DNA from: Ardenticatenaceae bacterium
GTDB lineage: Bacteria > Chloroflexota > Anaerolineae > Promineifilales > Promineifilaceae
Direction: 5' to 3'
Length of the DNA: 64,000 nucleotides
Assembly: GCA_020634455.1 (NCBI GenBank)
Contig: JACKBQ010000002.1
Location: 856,606 to 920,605 of the forward strand
In this document: positions 37,538 to 46,386 of the stretch, in pieces
Numbering within the stretch: position 1 is the first letter of the stretch
Layout: each line of letters starts with the position of its first letter
Translations under genes and position numbers: made by a program
The notes under the pieces: generated by a model
Database searches by the model: none
Told to the model about the DNA's origin: nothing
What the model saw: the letters and a program-made list of their open reading frames with translations, nothing else

Positions 37538-38836
37538 TCATAAACTTAACAGGGCAGGCTGCTCGACGACGCGGCGCAGGTCGGCCAGGAATTGGGCGGC
37601 GACGGCACCGTCCACCAACCGATGATCCACTGACAGGGTGAAGGTGCAGATGGGGCGCAGCACGGGCTGGTCGTTGGCGTTGGGCACAAAGCGGCGGCTG
37701 GTCTGGCCCACGGCCAAAATGCCCACCTGCGGCGGATTGATGATAGCGGCAAAGCGATCCACGCCAAACATGCCCAGGTTGGAAATGGTGAACGTGCCGT
37801 TTTGCAAATCGGCCGGACGCAGCTTGTTTTCCCGCGCCCGCTTCGCCACGTCACGAATTTCCGCCGACAGCATCTCAATTCCCTTGCGGTTAGCCTGCTG
37901 CACCACGGGCACGATGAGGCCATCCGGCAGGGCCACAGCAATGCCCAGGTTCACCTCGTTAAATTGCAGCCATTCGCCGTCGCCGATGTGGCTGTTGACC
38001 AGCGGATGGCGCAGCAGCGTCCAGGCAACCATTTTGGCGAGTACGGCCGTTACCGTCACCACTTTCTCCCCCTTGTGCATCAACTCGTTGGCCTGATCGG
38101 TTAGCTGCAAAACGGCCGTCATTTCCACATCAATCTGGAACGGCACATGCGGTGCGTTGAGCTTGCTCTGCTGCATGTTGTGGGCGATGGTGCGGCGCAT
38201 GTTGCTGAAGGTGTGGCGGGTGAAAGCGGCCGTTTCCGGTTCTGGTAATTTGGCGGCGGGAACGATGTCCGCTTTGTTGGCAATTGCTTCAGCGACATCT
38301 TTTTGCTGGATACGGCCGTCTGGCCCACTGCCCAGCACCGTTTTGAGCGACAGTTCGTGCTCAGCCGCCAGCCGTCGTGCCGCGGGCGTTGCCTGAATTT
38401 TGGAACGGCCGTTGCTTAGCACAGGCGCCGCGGGTGTTGGGGCAGGCAAAGCTTCCGGCTTCGCCTCCACATCCTTGCGAGTGATGCGCCCGCCGGGGCC
38501 GCTGCCCTGAATCTGGCGCACGTCAATCCCCTCCGCCTCGGCAATGCGGGCGGCAACGGGGGTGATGGCGGGAGCGGTTTTCTGGGGTAATGTTTCTCCT
38601 GGGGCGAGGATGGTGGCGAGAACGGCCGTAACCGGCACCATATCCCCTTCCTGGTAGCGCAGGCCCGCCAAAATGCCATCGGCCGTGGCTTCAACTTCCA
38701 TGTTCACCTTGTCGGTGGTCACTTCGGCAATCGGGTCACCGGTTTCCACGGTGTCGCCCTCCTGCACCAGCCAGGCCACCAACTGCGATTCTTCCAGCGT
38801 GAACCCAAACTTGGGCAAAATTATTTCTGTAGCCAT
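37538..38836 (-). CDS. 2-oxoacid dehydrogenase E2 (dihydrolipoamide acyltransferase)
   Basis: Lipoyl domain EVTTDKVNMEVEA, peripheral subunit-binding domain TPAARRLAAEHELSL, catalytic DHRLVDG. Confidence 0.93.
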   Translation of the reverse strand: MATEIILPKFGFTLEESQLVAWLVQEGDTVETGDPIAEVTTDKVNMEVEATADGILAGLRYQEGDMVPVTAVLATILAPGETLPQKTAPAITPVAARIAEAEGIDVRQIQGSGPGGRITRKDVEAKPEALPAPTPAAPVLSNGRSKIQATPAARRLAAEHELSLKTVLGSGPDGRIQQKDVAEAIANKADIVPAAKLPEPETAAFTRHTFSNMRRTIAHNMQQSKLNAPHVPFQIDVEMTAVLQLTDQANELMHKGEKVVTVTAVLAKMVAWTLLRHPLVNSHIGDGEWLQFNEVNLGIAVALPDGLIVPVVQQANRKGIEMLSAEIRDVAKRARENKLRPADLQNGTFTISNLGMFGVDRFAAIINPPQVGILAVGQTSRRFVPNANDQPVLRPICTFTLSVDHRLVDGAVAAQFLADLRRVVEQPALLSL

Positions 38837-38853
38837 TCAAACATCCTACACCT

Positions 38854-38932
38854 GTCATTCTGAGCGCAGCGAAGAATCCCAAACAAGCTACAAGAGAGAT
38901 TCTTCATTGCGCTGCGCTTCATTCAGAATGAC
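38854..38932 (-). repeat. GTCATTCTGAGCGCAGCGAAGAATC-type imperfect hairpin in the E1beta-E2 spacer
   Basis: GTCATTCTGA..GCGCAGCG..AAGAATC (38854-38878) pairs with GATTCTTC..CGCTGCGC..TCAGAATGAC (38898-32), with bulges. Confidence 0.65.
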
Positions 38933-38940
38933 GATTTAAA

Positions 38941-39015
38941 AAAGCGGAACACAGAGCGACACAGAGGTTCACAGAGAGTCAAAAAATCTGCGTCAATCTG
39001 CGAAATCTGCGGATT
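38941..39015 (-). repeat. CGCAGAT/CACAGAG word-repeat element beginning at the E1beta stop codon
   Basis: Its reverse complement AATCCGCAGATTTCGCAGATTGACGCAGATTTTTTGACTCTCTGTGAACCTCTGTGTCGCTCTGTGTTCCGCTTTTTT aligns with 8905-8985. Confidence 0.75.
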
Positions 39016-40000
39016 AATATTTCCAGCTAACGAGCTTGCGCGCTTCCTCGACGATTTTGTCCACCTGCGGCACCGTGTGGTGCTCCAAATTGCGGTTGTA
39101 CGGGATGGGAATGTCCAGACCGGCCAGACGGCGCACCGGGGCGTCCAGGTAGCCAAACGCCTCACTTTCCACAATGCGGCTCACCAATTCGCCGCCAAAG
39201 CCGCCTGTTTTGACCGCCTCATGCACTACCAACGCCTTGCCCGTCTTCTTCACCGATTCCACAATTGGCCCTTCGTCCAGCGGATTGAGCGTGCGTGGGT
39301 CTACCACTTCCAGCTCGATCCCCTCCTGCGCCAGAATTTCGGCCGCTTCCAGGGTCCGATTCACCATGATGGAGGTGGCCACGACGGTTAAATCTTTGCC
39401 TTCGCGCACGACGTTGCTTTGGCTTAGCGGCACTTTGTACATCTCTTCCGGCACGTGCCCTTTGGTGCGGTAAAGCAGCTTGTGCTCCACAAAAATAACC
39501 GGATTGTCGTCGTCAATGGCGGCCAGCAGCAGCCCTTTGGCATCGTACGGCGAGCTGGGCATGACCACCTTGAGGCCGGGCACATGGACAAACCAGTTTT
39601 CTAGCGTTTCTGAATGCTGGGCGGCGGCACCGGTACCAGAGCCACCGGGCATACGCAGCACCATCGGCACGGTGGCCTTGCCGCCAAACATGAAGCGAAT
39701 TTTGGCCGCTTGCAGCACCAGCTGCTCCATGCTCAGCGTCACAAAATCCATGAACTGAATCTCGCCCACGGGTCGCATTCCGGTGATGGCCGCGCCGACG
39801 CAAGCTCCGGCAATGGCTGCCTCGGAGATGGGGGTGTCAATAATTCGCTCTGCGCCAAACTGATCGATGAGGCCAGCCGAGACGCCAAACGCACCGCCAT
39901 AAACACCAATATCTTCGCCAAGCATAAAAACGCGCTCATCGGCGGCCATTTTTTGCTGCAATGCTTCGCGCAACGCTTCCATATAAGTTAACTCACGCAT
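39014..40000 (-). CDS. 2-oxoacid dehydrogenase E1 component, beta subunit
   Basis: [14 protein letters not shown]..., transketolase-like Pyr and C-terminal domains ([26 protein letters not shown]). ATG at 40000 overlaps the E1alpha stop by 8 nt (the track ORF extends to 40051). Confidence 0.92.
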   Translation of the reverse strand: MRELTYMEALREALQQKMAADERVFMLGEDIGVYGGAFGVSAGLIDQFGAERIIDTPISEAAIAGACVGAAITGMRPVGEIQFMDFVTLSMEQLVLQAAKIRFMFGGKATVPMVLRMPGGSGTGAAAQHSETLENWFVHVPGLKVVMPSSPYDAKGLLLAAIDDDNPVIFVEHKLLYRTKGHVPEEMYKVPLSQSNVVREGKDLTVVATSIMVNRTLEAAEILAQEGIELEVVDPRTLNPLDEGPIVESVKKTGKALVVHEAVKTGGFGGELVSRIVESEAFGYLDAPVRRLAGLDIPIPYNRNLEHHTVPQVDKIVEEARKLVSWKY

Positions 40001-40985
40001 AAACGCCCTCCATGATGCTGCTGAGTTCTGGTTCCGGGCTGGCTTTGGCAAACTCTACCGACGCTTCGATGATTTCCTGGGCTTCAGCCAGTAAGGTTTC
40101 CCGTAGCTCGTCGTTGAGGCCAAGCTGGCTGGCAAAGCGGCGGATGGGATCGCGATCTTGCCACTCTTTTACCTCGTCGCGGGTGCGGTATGCCTGGCGG
40201 TCGCTTTTGGAGTGGCCCCGGTAGCGGTAGGTTAGGGCTTCGATGAGGGTGGGGCCATCCCCGGCGCGGGCCCGTTCAACAGCTTCTGCAACGGCGGCCT
40301 GTACCGCCAGCACATCATTGCCATCCACCGTAACGCCGGGAATGCCGTAGGCACAACCGCGCTGGCTGATGCGCTCGATGTTGACGGCGCGTTCCACGGC
40401 CATGGACATGGCGTACTGGTTGTTTTCGCAGAGGTAGATGATGGGCAACTGCCAGATGCTGGCCATGTTGAGCGATTCGTGGAATGCGCCTTCGTTGGAA
40501 GCGCCATCGCCAAAAACCACCGCGCCGACCTGGTTGGTTTTGCGCAGCTTGATGCTCAGGCCGACGCCCACGGCGATGGGCAGCCCACCCGCCACGATGC
40601 CGTTGGCTCCCAAATTGTTGGCTTCGACGTCGGCAATGTGCATGGAGCCGCCGCGCCCGCGGCAGTAGCCTGCTTCGCGCCCCAAAAATTCGGCCATCAT
40701 GCGGTCTGGGGTGCTGCCCCAGGCGAGGCAATGGCCGTGGCCGCGATGGGTGTTGAGCAGGTAATCGCTGGGGGCAAGGGCGGAGGAGAGGCCAACGGCC
40801 GTTGCTTCCTGCCCAATGGAAAGATGCATGGTGCCATGCACTTGCCCTAGCGCGTACAGGGCTTCGGCTTTCTCTTCAAAAGCGCGAATGACCATCATGG
40901 TTTTGAGCATTTGTAGATGTTCTTCTCTGCTTTGGCCGTTTTGTTGGGAAACGGCCGTTTGCTTTTCTGTTTGTTTTTCTGTCAT
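39993..40985 (-). CDS. 2-oxoacid dehydrogenase E1 component, alpha subunit (TPP-dependent)
   Basis: [12 protein letters not shown] and the TPP motif [20 protein letters not shown] 40985 follows GAGGGAG (the track start is 41021). Confidence 0.92.
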   Translation of the reverse strand: MTEKQTEKQTAVSQQNGQSREEHLQMLKTMMVIRAFEEKAEALYALGQVHGTMHLSIGQEATAVGLSSALAPSDYLLNTHRGHGHCLAWGSTPDRMMAEFLGREAGYCRGRGGSMHIADVEANNLGANGIVAGGLPIAVGVGLSIKLRKTNQVGAVVFGDGASNEGAFHESLNMASIWQLPIIYLCENNQYAMSMAVERAVNIERISQRGCAYGIPGVTVDGNDVLAVQAAVAEAVERARAGDGPTLIEALTYRYRGHSKSDRQAYRTRDEVKEWQDRDPIRRFASQLGLNDELRETLLAEAQEIIEASVEFAKASPEPELSSIMEGVYA

Positions 40986-41093
40986 AAACACTCCCTCTTT
41001 TGCGCTTCGGCATTTTGCCAACCGAAACTACGGGCACAGCCTGCCACGCTGAACCAGGATTGAGTTATCCAATTGAAAACAGTCAGGATGTTG

Positions 41094-41732
41094 TCAGTGG
41101 GTTGACGCCAGGATGATTTCACACATCCGATTAACAGTCTCGGTAAACGCGATAGCTTCTTCTAGACTGTTTGCCCAGGTGAGCAGGCCAACATTTGGCA
41201 CCAGCAGCACCTGGTTATGCGCGGCTACCTGCGCGATTTGATCCGCTTCTGCCAGACAACTAGCAAAATGGCCAACGCTGCCTGCTACGGCAGACAGGAC
41301 GTTCATGTTTAAAAGTTCTGGCTGGTTGGCGACGGCCGTTCCTGCCACCGGTTGGCTCAATAAAATTGCTTTGGCTGGTGTATTTTTGTAAATGATACGA
41401 TGCCATTCCGCCTGGGCGGGCAGTTGGTCAGAGGTGAGCTGCCAATTTTCATTGAGCGCGGCTACAGCCAGGTTTGTTTCTTCGATATTGGCGAACCAGG
41501 TGTGAACGGCCGTAATGGCAAACTTATTCCCCGGTACGCGCTGGCTGGCTTCGGCCAAAATGCCCACCGCCAGCTGCCGCTCGGCCGCCAACTTGGCTAA
41601 CTGTACAAACGACTTGCGCACACCACGTGGCAAAACTGCATCCCGCAGCCGATTGTTCATGCCCCGTTGGGCATTGACCCTGTTTACCAGGCTGTTGGTG
41701 AGATGTTTGTACGTTTCTAGCATGACTGCCAT
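41094..41732 (-). CDS. class II aldolase/adducin-fold protein lacking the canonical zinc-binding histidines
   Basis: By eye, the fold-level pattern aligns with FucA/AraD (...AEWHRIIYKNTPAKAILLSQPVAGTAVAN... and ...NQVLLVPNVGLLTWANSLEEAIAFTETVNRMCEI). The H-x-H and later His positions read S-Q-P and N/V. Confidence 0.6.
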   Translation of the reverse strand: MAVMLETYKHLTNSLVNRVNAQRGMNNRLRDAVLPRGVRKSFVQLAKLAAERQLAVGILAEASQRVPGNKFAITAVHTWFANIEETNLAVAALNENWQLTSDQLPAQAEWHRIIYKNTPAKAILLSQPVAGTAVANQPELLNMNVLSAVAGSVGHFASCLAEADQIAQVAAHNQVLLVPNVGLLTWANSLEEAIAFTETVNRMCEIILASTH

Positions 41733-41738
41733 TGTCTA

Positions 41739-41792
41739 GACCCCAAGGGTTTTTACTGAAAAATGTTTCCACTGGTGGAAACCCTTGGGGTC
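41739..41792 (-). other. intercistronic 14-bp-stem hairpin between the oxidoreductase and aldolase-fold genes
   Basis: GACCCCAAGGGTTT (41739-41752) pairs perfectly with AAACCCTTGGGGTC (41779-41792). On the minus strand the loop holds a small GTTTCC/GGAAAC hairpin followed by ATTTTT. Confidence 0.6.
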
Positions 41793-41795
41793 TTC

Positions 41796-43094
41796 TTATG
41801 CAACCATCTTATCTTGCTCGGCGCGAAGGCGGGTAATGACTTGGCCTTCCTTAAGCTCTACGTCACTGTAGCGAACCGGCTCACCCATCGAGACATCTTT
41901 TATCAAGGTGGCGCCCACGGCTAAACCGAGTGGCAAAATGTTCTCATCCTTGGCGGTGTCGGCTCGATCGATCATGCCATAGACGGTGTATCCACCCAGG
42001 GCATCAATTTGCTCGCCCGCTTTTAAGTTACGCTTGGCAACGGTGATTGTTTCTGCCACGGGCGCACGATCCTGGAGCAGTGTGGCTCGTTGATCCAGCA
42101 CCACATTGGCCACCGTGATGGGTGTTTCCAAATTGGCCAGGTGATACGGCCGATATAATGCCCAGAACTTGCCATTGCCGTTGAGCCGCAAATAGTTCAA
42201 ATCTTGAATAATCTTTGGCTGATCCGTGGTGATGATGACAAATACACCAGGAGCCACGTTGCCGACAGCGTAATCTACTTTGCGCAAGCCGCTAAAAATG
42301 CCGCCATGCTCTTTGGGTATGAAGGTGTCGGCCAATTGGGCCACCGTAACGTCTGGCCCGTGTGCACCCCGCACATCTGGTGCATAGCCCACAGCGTTGC
42401 CAATGGAGGTCATTTCCACCATTGTTTTGGTGCCATCCTCGAATGAGGCGAGCATTTTGGGGCTCATTTTTTGCCGTTTGGCTTTTTCGGCGGTGGTGTC
42501 TGGATTTGATGTCCGCTTGAGCGGATTATTTTTTCCTTTGCCGATGGCTACAATTTCAAAGCCCAGCGCGTCGGCAAAGTCGTAAATTTCTTTGATGGAA
42601 CCTGGTTCATCCCCTGCCGCCAGGGAATAAACGACCCCGTGCTTTGCGGCCAGGTGGGTTAAATAGTAGCCAACCGTTGCGTCTGCTTCGACATTCATAT
42701 TGACGATATGTTTACCGCCCAAAATGGCAGCTTCGCAAACATAGGCACCGATTTCGGGGATGCCGGTGGCTTCGACGATAACATCCAGGTTTTTGAGGTT
42801 GACGAGGGTTTCGGCTGAGCGTGTGCCCACGCGACCCCCATCCAAAATGGCTTGATCCCCTTTGTCAATTTGATCGTCAATGACGGTAACGGCCGTTTCT
42901 GCCACACTGGATTCTACATAAGCAGCTTTGGCCCGATCAGGCACCACATCTGCGACGGCGGCCACATAAATGCCGTCCATTTTTTCCATTTGGCTAATCA
43001 TTCCGGTGCCCATTTGGCCTGCGCCAACGAGCCCAACACGAATGGGATTACCGTTCGCTGCGCGTACCCGCAGCCGATCTCGTAAGGTATGCAT
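41796..43094 (-). CDS. NAD(P)-binding oxidoreductase with C-terminal SAF domain (homoserine-dehydrogenase-like, COG4091-type)
   Basis: Rossmann motif RVGLVGAGQMGTGM and a C-terminal SAF-like segment VAKRNLKAGEQIDALGGYTVYG...GEPVRYSDVEL. 432 aa. Confidence 0.7.
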   Translation of the reverse strand: MHTLRDRLRVRAANGNPIRVGLVGAGQMGTGMISQMEKMDGIYVAAVADVVPDRAKAAYVESSVAETAVTVIDDQIDKGDQAILDGGRVGTRSAETLVNLKNLDVIVEATGIPEIGAYVCEAAILGGKHIVNMNVEADATVGYYLTHLAAKHGVVYSLAAGDEPGSIKEIYDFADALGFEIVAIGKGKNNPLKRTSNPDTTAEKAKRQKMSPKMLASFEDGTKTMVEMTSIGNAVGYAPDVRGAHGPDVTVAQLADTFIPKEHGGIFSGLRKVDYAVGNVAPGVFVIITTDQPKIIQDLNYLRLNGNGKFWALYRPYHLANLETPITVANVVLDQRATLLQDRAPVAETITVAKRNLKAGEQIDALGGYTVYGMIDRADTAKDENILPLGLAVGATLIKDVSMGEPVRYSDVELKEGQVITRLRAEQDKMVA

Positions 43095-43133
43095 GATATT
43101 TATTTAAAATTTTCCTTCTTGCTTACTTCAAAA

Positions 43134-43502
43134 TTATGATTCTTTGGAAAACAGCTTGATGGCTGAACCAATGGCGACGGGGGGTAACGGCCGTTCCTCT
43201 ACGCATACATCCCCCGGCATTTCCACTTCGGTTTCTCCATTAAACTTAAGCACAAGATGCCCTAAATTTTTGAAATTGTCGTTAGCGACCTCGCCAACTG
43301 CCAAAATGGAAAACTGTTCATCGTTAATTTGGATGACATCGCCAACTTCAACAGGCGCATGCACCGTTTTACCATCATGAATGACGGAAAACTCAATTAA
43401 CTCATCTGGTGCATTCTCACCAAACAGCACAATAATATTGTGGTCCAAGAACTCTTGTGTAAAAGGACCAATCGTTGTGACTTTCGCCTCAAATTTTACC
43501 AT
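43134..43502 (-). CDS. srlB: PTS glucitol/sorbitol-family EIIA component
   Basis: MVKFEAKVTTIGPF...VGEVANDNFKNLGHLVLKFNGETEVEMPGDV... parallels E. coli SrlB (VGSVAEDNLRELGHVTLRFDG). ATG 43502 lies 1 nt after the EIIB stop (the track ORF extends to 43613). Confidence 0.88.
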   Translation of the reverse strand: MVKFEAKVTTIGPFTQEFLDHNIIVLFGENAPDELIEFSVIHDGKTVHAPVEVGDVIQINDEQFSILAVGEVANDNFKNLGHLVLKFNGETEVEMPGDVCVEERPLPPVAIGSAIKLFSKES

Positions 43503-43503
43503 T

Positions 43504-44061
43504 TTAGCCACCAAACAGGCGGGAAAAGAACCCTTTCTTTTGCTTTGGTTCTTCTTTATCAGCTGGTTTTTGTTCTGGCTGATCCTTTTTTGCCGTTCCA
43601 GTAAGTTCTTCACGATAAACTGACTTCATCGTTTCAGCCATTTTAGTGGCAGGATCAGATGCCGTAGCCGGAGGTGTGTCTCCCTCAACCAGCTTGATAT
43701 CATCTACCGTTACACCAGATACAAAAATGTCTTCTTTAATAAAGCGGAACAGCGGGCCAGACGGTTTTGTTGCGTGAATATCTACAGTCATCACCCCCTT
43801 CATGGGGTAGACGCCCACACGGGCTGTGCCACCGCAATCAATAACGGCAACGGCCAATTGCTCAAATTCACGCTTTGATGAAAAACCATCAAATGCCTCG
43901 CCACCGGTCAGGTCAGCAATACGCTGGGCGACGGGATGGATACCACCACCTGTGACGCAGTAGATGTACGGCTTCTTTTCAGTCGGTTCGATGATTAGGG
44001 GGCCTCCCCAACCACGCTTTCCGGCGGATATTTTCACGGCACGGTATTGATTTTCTGACAT
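43504..44061 (-). CDS. PTS glucitol-family EIIB domain protein (N-terminal half of SrlE as a separate polypeptide)
   Basis: GKRGWGGPLIIEP, CVTGGGIHPVAQRIADLTGGEAFDGF, AVIDCGGTARVGVYP and SGPLFRFIKEDIFVSGV match SrlE residues ~1-125. Lys/Glu/Pro-rich tail. AAGGAAGG RBS before ATG 44061. Confidence 0.88.
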   Translation of the reverse strand: MSENQYRAVKISAGKRGWGGPLIIEPTEKKPYIYCVTGGGIHPVAQRIADLTGGEAFDGFSSKREFEQLAVAVIDCGGTARVGVYPMKGVMTVDIHATKPSGPLFRFIKEDIFVSGVTVDDIKLVEGDTPPATASDPATKMAETMKSVYREELTGTAKKDQPEQKPADKEEPKQKKGFFSRLFGG

Positions 44062-44224
44062 TATTACCTTCCTTGTAAGTTTCTTAGCGTCACGTAAGGA
44101 TTGCCGCAGGTGGCTAGCCATCTGCAAGCAATTGTTCTAGTATTCACAATTGAATTACTGGGGATAAGGATAGAGGGTCACGCCAATAACGCTCTATCCC
44201 TACCCCTTCTTCATTTATGACAGT

Positions 44225-44767
44225 CTATGCGTACAGACCAATGCTGGCGATGAACGCCAAAATTACAGCAACAGGGCCAGTGATCAGACGGGAGAAAAGG
44301 ATGGCGGGAACGCCAATTTCTACCGTTTCTGGTTCTGCTTCACCAAGCGCCAAGCCTACCGGGATGAAGTCGCAACCAACTTGTGGGTTGATAGCAAACA
44401 GGGCGGGCAAAGCGTAGCTGGGCGGGATGGAGCCATTGGCGATGAGGGTGGAGCCTAACAGCGTACCCACGACCTGAGCGATGACTGCACCGGGGCCGAG
44501 CAGCGGGGACAAAACCGGGATGGCGCAGATCAGGGAGATAATGATCAAACCAACCAGGCTGCCAGCCATTGGGGCCAAGAGATTGGCAATCCAGTCACCG
44601 ATACCGGTCTTGAGGATGATACCAATGACCAGGGCGATGAACGCCATGAACGGCAGAATGTTAACAATGACCTGGTCAATTGCTTCACGACCAGCTTGAT
44701 AGAGAGCACCTACGACGCCGCCGACGCTCCGACCAATTCTTTCCAGAAATTTGTTAATACCTTGCAT
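44225..44767 (-). CDS. PTS glucitol-family EIIC2 membrane domain (C-terminal half of SrlE as a separate polypeptide)
   Basis: ILPFMAFIALVIGII..GIGDWIANLLAP...LSPLLGPGAVIAQVVG...LPALFAINPQVGCDFIPVGL closely parallels E. coli SrlE residues ~150-319. AAGGAGG RBS. Confidence 0.9.
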   Translation of the reverse strand: MQGINKFLERIGRSVGGVVGALYQAGREAIDQVIVNILPFMAFIALVIGIILKTGIGDWIANLLAPMAGSLVGLIIISLICAIPVLSPLLGPGAVIAQVVGTLLGSTLIANGSIPPSYALPALFAINPQVGCDFIPVGLALGEAEPETVEIGVPAILFSRLITGPVAVILAFIASIGLYA

Positions 44768-44785
44768 TTTTCTTCCTCCTTAAAA

Positions 44786-45337
44786 TTAGGCGGTGGCGGC
44801 AGCCGTGTCGGATGCGCGTGCCCACATAACGGCCGTAATCCGTTCCGTGACAATACCGCGAATGAAGATGACAACCAGACCAACCAGCAAGTAACGAACA
44901 GCCAGCGGTACCACAGAGAGACCTTGGGCTTCGATACCAGCAGCGATACCTAACCAGACGAACAATTCACCGGGGTTGATGTGGGGGAAGATGCCTGTCG
45001 GTGGATGTACGTAGGAAACGGCCGCATCGTAAAACGCTGGTTTGTACTTTTCTGGTAGGAACCGACCCATGGTGTAAGCCATTGGGTTGGTGAGGAAGAA
45101 ACATGACAAGAAAGGCAGCAAAATGTAGCGTACCGGATAATAAACGAGACCATCGCGGGCTGCCCACTCGCCAACTTTGTCAATGCGGTCGGCACCAATG
45201 AGGGCGATAAGTGCATTTACAAAAGTGAGCAAGATGATGAGCAGGGGAATAATGCCCGTTGTCAGGCCAACAAAAACCTCTGCGCCTTGTTGAAATAGGC
45301 CGATGAACCATTCAGCGGCAGCAACTAAAGCATCCAT
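44786..45337 (-). CDS. srlA: PTS glucitol-family EIIC component
   Basis: 183-aa membrane protein with the SrlA pattern (AEWFIGLFQQGAEVFVGLTTGIIP...NPMAYTMGRFLPEKYKPAFYDA...HINPGELF). AAGGAGG RBS. Confidence 0.88.
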   Translation of the reverse strand: MDALVAAAEWFIGLFQQGAEVFVGLTTGIIPLLIILLTFVNALIALIGADRIDKVGEWAARDGLVYYPVRYILLPFLSCFFLTNPMAYTMGRFLPEKYKPAFYDAAVSYVHPPTGIFPHINPGELFVWLGIAAGIEAQGLSVVPLAVRYLLVGLVVIFIRGIVTERITAVMWARASDTAAATA

Positions 45338-45520
45338 AATGGAAATACCTCCTTAACACTCCTTGAAAACAAAAATAATTAAAAACGTTTCTCTTCCAAA
45401 ATAAGACTTGTGTTGAGTTAACCACCTCCTTGTTTAGAATTCACCAAACGTCAAGATACTGAAACTGAGGGTCGAATGTGCTTCGGGCGTCTCTTCCTTA
45501 AAGATTGGTGTTGGGAAATC

Positions 45521-45967
45521 TTAAGCAGGTTCCAACCTGGGGGATGTTGGTACCGCTTCTGATTGACTTTCTTTTCCTTGTCGCGCGGCCAAAAGGTCGC
45601 GGCCTGCATTGCCAAAGGCAATGCGTAGCTTGGGGGTTGTGGGAAGACTGTCTTCATTGTCTAATAGCTCTTGCAGCGGCATGCCTATAAGTTCCGGCAC
45701 AGGACGTAGTCTGGCAAAGACAGTCCAACCTTTAAACTGTTCGGCATGAACGATGATGTTGTTATCATCAATGGTGATGACGGCGTAGGCGCGTCCTTTG
45801 TACTGACCGCCACCCTGACCAACGGCCGTTAACCCACCTTTGCGCACCACTTTGAGACGGCCGTAAAATCGCTTCATCTGCAAATAAGCCATGCCAAACT
45901 GGGCAATCCACATTACCGCCAGGGCAATAAAGATAAACAGTGCATTCTCGGCAATTACATCAAACAT
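45521..45967 (-). CDS. gutM: glucitol operon activator GutM-like protein
   Basis: N-terminal TM helix, and ...FKGWTVFARLRP... paralleling E. coli GutM FMKGLTVFARPQ. GAGGAG RBS. Confidence 0.75.
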   Translation of the reverse strand: MFDVIAENALFIFIALAVMWIAQFGMAYLQMKRFYGRLKVVRKGGLTAVGQGGGQYKGRAYAVITIDDNNIIVHAEQFKGWTVFARLRPVPELIGMPLQELLDNEDSLPTTPKLRIAFGNAGRDLLAARQGKESQSEAVPTSPRLEPA

Positions 45968-46008
45968 AAGACGTTCTCCTCTATCCAGGCTATCAGCAAA
46001 CAGATGGA

Positions 46009-46299
46009 TTAGGCTTCAGGTTCTGAGCCTTCTTCAAAATTGCGCTCAACCAATGCCTGAAGCGCGGCCACGGCTTCATTTGCCTGTGGTCCAGTGGCGC
46101 TAATGGTTATTTCATGCCCTTGCAAGACTGCCAGCAGCATCAGTTTGAGTGGGCTGGTGCCATTGGCTGGCCCTTTTTCGCGGGTTAGATTTGTCACCTC
46201 AACGGTGGCATCATATTGACGGGCAAGTTTAACAAACTGCGCGAGTGGGCGTGCATGTAAACCAGCCTCGTGCTGAACAGTCAGAGTCGTTTCAGCCAT
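46009..46299 (-). CDS. ptsH: phosphocarrier protein HPr
   Basis: Active-site GLHARPLAQFV (His15 equivalent), a Ser46-region equivalent (GTSPLKLMLL), and ITISATGPQANEAV. Confidence 0.9.
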   Translation of the reverse strand: MAETTLTVQHEAGLHARPLAQFVKLARQYDATVEVTNLTREKGPANGTSPLKLMLLAVLQGHEITISATGPQANEAVAALQALVERNFEEGSEPEA

Positions 46300-46386
46300 G
46301 GTCGTATCCTATTTACTTGATGAATTTACTTATGAACGGCCGTTTCTCTTCCCGTACTGTTCCCAATGTTGGAAACAATCTGCCGG

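Noticed and set aside
41739-41792. The nested hairpins between the oxidoreductase and aldolase-fold genes as a terminator/antiterminator switch.
   Set aside because: The small terminator-like hairpin would be transcribed and folded before the 3' arm of the large stem exists, so no obvious alternative-structure logic applies. More likely it is an mRNA-stability or processing hairpin.
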